Assembly: GCA_041082215.1 (NCBI GenBank)
Contig: JBDOIF010000038.1
Span: forward strand, 1 to 50,137
Length of the DNA: 50,137 bases
Source of the DNA: Anaerolineae bacterium
Lineage (GTDB): Bacteria > Chloroflexota > Anaerolineae > B4-G1 > DUEL01
Direction: 5' to 3'
Shown here: piece after piece, positions 47,940 through 50,137 of the stretch
How positions within the stretch are numbered: the first letter of the stretch is position 1
Layout of the letters: every line of letters starts with the position of its first letter
Made by a program: the position numbers and the translations under genes
Notes under the pieces: model-generated
Told to the model about the DNA's origin: nothing
The model's input: only the letters and a program-made list of their open reading frames with translations
Database searches by the model: none

Positions 47940-49634
47940 ATGTCTGCTAAGAAGTGGTACCTGGTGGCTGCCGTGGTGGTGCTGGGCGGATTGCTGGTCA
48001 CCGCCTGTCAGCCGCAGGTGCAGACCGTCGTCGTCACGGCCCCGCCCGAGGAGGTCATCGTCGAGGTGACCGTGCCGGTGACCCCGGAGGAGACCGAGGG
48101 CCTGGGGGCGCAGTGCACCTACAACGCCTACCGCATGGGCTGGGTGATGGACTACGCTGACGCCAACAACATCGTCAACGAGGTCTTCCACCCCGATTCC
48201 CCGTTCCAGTACACCTTCTGGGACGACCAGACCTTCCGCGATCTGGTGGATCAGGCGCTGACGGAGACCGATCCCGACGCCCGCGCAGCGCTGTGGGGGC
48301 AGGCGGAGAAGATTCTGGTGACGGACTACGCCGCGGTCCTGCCTCTCTTCCACTACGACCGGACTGGCCTGGTGCGGCATGAGATCCAGTATGAGTATCC
48401 GCCCTTCGGCGCACCTCACTTTATGAAATGGCGGTTGCCGGAGGGGCAGACCACCCTGCGGGTGCAGTTGGGGACTGAGCCGCCCACGCTGGACGTCAAC
48501 CTGGCCACCGACACCACCTCCCACGCCGTGCTGAACCAGTTGATGGAGTCCCTCTACCGCTACAAGGGTGACGGCACCATCGAGCCGGCTGGCGCGGAGT
48601 CCTACGAGGTCTCCGAGGACGGGACGGTCTACACCGTTCACCTGCGCCAGGACGCCCTCTGGTCCGACGGCCAGCCGGTGGTGGCCCAGCACTACGTGGA
48701 CGGGATCATCCGGCTTCTGAAGCCCGAGACGGCGGCGGAGTACGCCTACGTCATGTACTACATCTCCGGCGCTGAGGCCTTCAACACCGGCGAGACCGAC
48801 GATCCCTCCACCGTGGGCGTGCGCGCCGTGGACGACTACACGCTGGAGATCACCCTGGATAAACCGCAGGCCTTCTTCGACAGCATCCTGGCCTTCTTCA
48901 CCACCTACCCCGTCCGCCTGGATGTCATCGAGCAGTACGGCGACGCCTGGACCGAGCCGGGCAACTTCGTGGGGAACGGCCCCTACGTGCTGACCGAGTG
49001 GGTGCACGAGGATCACCTGGTCATCGAGAAGAACCCCAACTACCATGACGCCGATTCGGTCACCATCGAGCGGGTGGAGTTCCCCATCATCGTCGAGAAC
49101 GCCACGGCCCTGGCCGCTTTCGAGCGGGGCGAGCTGGATGTCTCTGGCTACCCCAGCGAGGAGCTGCCGCGCATCCTGGAGGAGATGCATGAGGACTTCG
49201 TGCGGATGCCGCGACCGGGCACCTACTATCTCGGCCTGAACACCGCCCTCGGTCCGACCCAGAACCTGAACTTCCGCAAGGCGCTGGCCTCCGCCGTTGA
49301 CCGGCGGACCATCCTGGATGCAGTGCTGGAGACGCCCTGGCGCACCGAGGCCTGCGGCGTGATCCCGCCGGAGATCCCCGGCTACCAGGGCTGCGGCCAG
49401 GTCGGCTACCCATTCGACCTGGAGGCGGCGCAGCAGTACCTGCAGGCGGCCATGGAGGAACTGGGCGTTACCGACCCGGGTGAGATCACCATTCAGCTCT
49501 GGTTCAACCGCGGCAACGAGGACATCATCGAGGCGGTCGAGGAGCAGTGGGAGACCAACCTGGGGATCAACGTCAACGTCATCAACATGGAGTGGGGCGC
49601 CTACCTGGAGACCCTCGACTCCTGCAACGACTAA
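47940..49634 (+). CDS. oppA: Peptide ABC transporter substrate-binding lipoprotein, apparently circularly permuted
   Basis: Lipobox VTAC; family 5 SBP motifs EPPTLD, WSDGQPV, GNGPY, KNPNY, RKAL..AVDR; the RMGW..DY segment precedes them. Confidence 0.9.
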   Translation: MSAKKWYLVAAVVVLGGLLVTACQPQVQTVVVTAPPEEVIVEVTVPVTPEETEGLGAQCTYNAYRMGWVMDYADANNIVNEVFHPDSPFQYTFWDDQTFRDLVDQALTETDPDARAALWGQAEKILVTDYAAVLPLFHYDRTGLVRHEIQYEYPPFGAPHFMKWRLPEGQTTLRVQLGTEPPTLDVNLATDTTSHAVLNQLMESLYRYKGDGTIEPAGAESYEVSEDGTVYTVHLRQDALWSDGQPVVAQHYVDGIIRLLKPETAAEYAYVMYYISGAEAFNTGETDDPSTVGVRAVDDYTLEITLDKPQAFFDSILAFFTTYPVRLDVIEQYGDAWTEPGNFVGNGPYVLTEWVHEDHLVIEKNPNYHDADSVTIERVEFPIIVENATALAAFERGELDVSGYPSEELPRILEEMHEDFVRMPRPGTYYLGLNTALGPTQNLNFRKALASAVDRRTILDAVLETPWRTEACGVIPPEIPGYQGCGQVGYPFDLEAAQQYLQAAMEELGVTDPGEITIQLWFNRGNEDIIEAVEEQWETNLGINVNVINMEWGAYLETLDSCND

Positions 49635-49650
49635 CCCTTCCAGGCTATCC

Positions 49651-49681
49651 GGCCCTGGGGGCCCTCGTGGCCCCCAGGGCC
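49651..49681 (+). terminator. Strong hairpin after oppA (stabiliser or partial terminator)
   Basis: GGCCCTGGGGGCC-CTCGT-GGCCCCCAGGGCC perfect 13-bp stem, no U tract. Confidence 0.6.
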
Positions 49682-49784
49682 CTGCCCAAAGGCTTGTGCC
49701 CCTCCACAGGGTCGTGAGCTCCGCTCGTGGGCCTGTGAACGGACACAAGGGAAAGTGGTAAGATCGGCCTGAGGAGATTGTGAC

Positions 49785-50137
49785 ATGCAACGGTTTATCT
49801 TGCGAAGAATCCTGTGGAACATCCCGGTGCTCATCCTGATCACCATCGTCACCTTCGGGATGATGCAGATTGTGCCGGGAGGCCCCTTCACGGCAGGCGC
49901 GTCGGGCCGTCCCGTCCCGCCGGAGATCCGGGCCAATATGATGGCCAAGTACGGGCTGGATAAGCCGGTCTGGCAGCAGTACCTGAACTACATGGGCCGG
50001 CTGATCCTCCATCTGGACTTCGGGCCGTCGCTGCGGCGCCCGGGCCGGACGGTCAACCAGATGCTCTTCGGCGGCAACCCCCTGGTGGATGTGCTGCGGG
50101 AACGGCTGACGCTCACCTTTGGCACAGAGGCCAGCTC
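49785..50137 (+). CDS. oppB: Peptide ABC transporter permease (partial, runs off the window)
   Basis: MQRFILRRIL, VPGGPF, YGLDKPVWQQY, LDFGPS. Confidence 0.9.
   Translation, partial: MQRFILRRILWNIPVLILITIVTFGMMQIVPGGPFTAGASGRPVPPEIRANMMAKYGLDKPVWQQYLNYMGRLILHLDFGPSLRRPGRTVNQMLFGGNPLVDVLRERLTLTFGTEAS

Overview
GC-rich bacterial chromosomal segment; gene content and protein styles suggest Chloroflexota, probably Anaerolineae-like (inference). Most of it is housekeeping and envelope genes: two tandem class A PBPs, ttcA-like, rfbB, holA, sortase, lytic transglycosylase, a B12-dependent acyl-CoA mutase, rnc, rpsF-ssb-rpsR, CapA, an L,D-transpeptidase, trmD, an ECF sigma factor and an opp operon. 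A more AT-rich signalling block lies at about 23.7-35.2 kb. Main observations: (1) a catalytically degenerate XerD-like gene sits head-to-head with a LexA-box-bearing operon led by a motor-only FtsK; (2) three copies of a ~190-bp MITE are each inserted 15-16 bp upstream of a sigma70 -35 box in the same orientation; (3) the OppA lipoprotein appears circularly permuted, with cysteines at both new ends; (4) a SurA-like/peroxiredoxin fusion has an in-frame TGA and a SECIS-like hairpin, so it is a probable selenoprotein split by the ORF caller; (5) a promoter- and terminator-bounded structured ncRNA candidate lies at about 35.37-35.53 kb. All calls come from reading the sequence; no searches were run.
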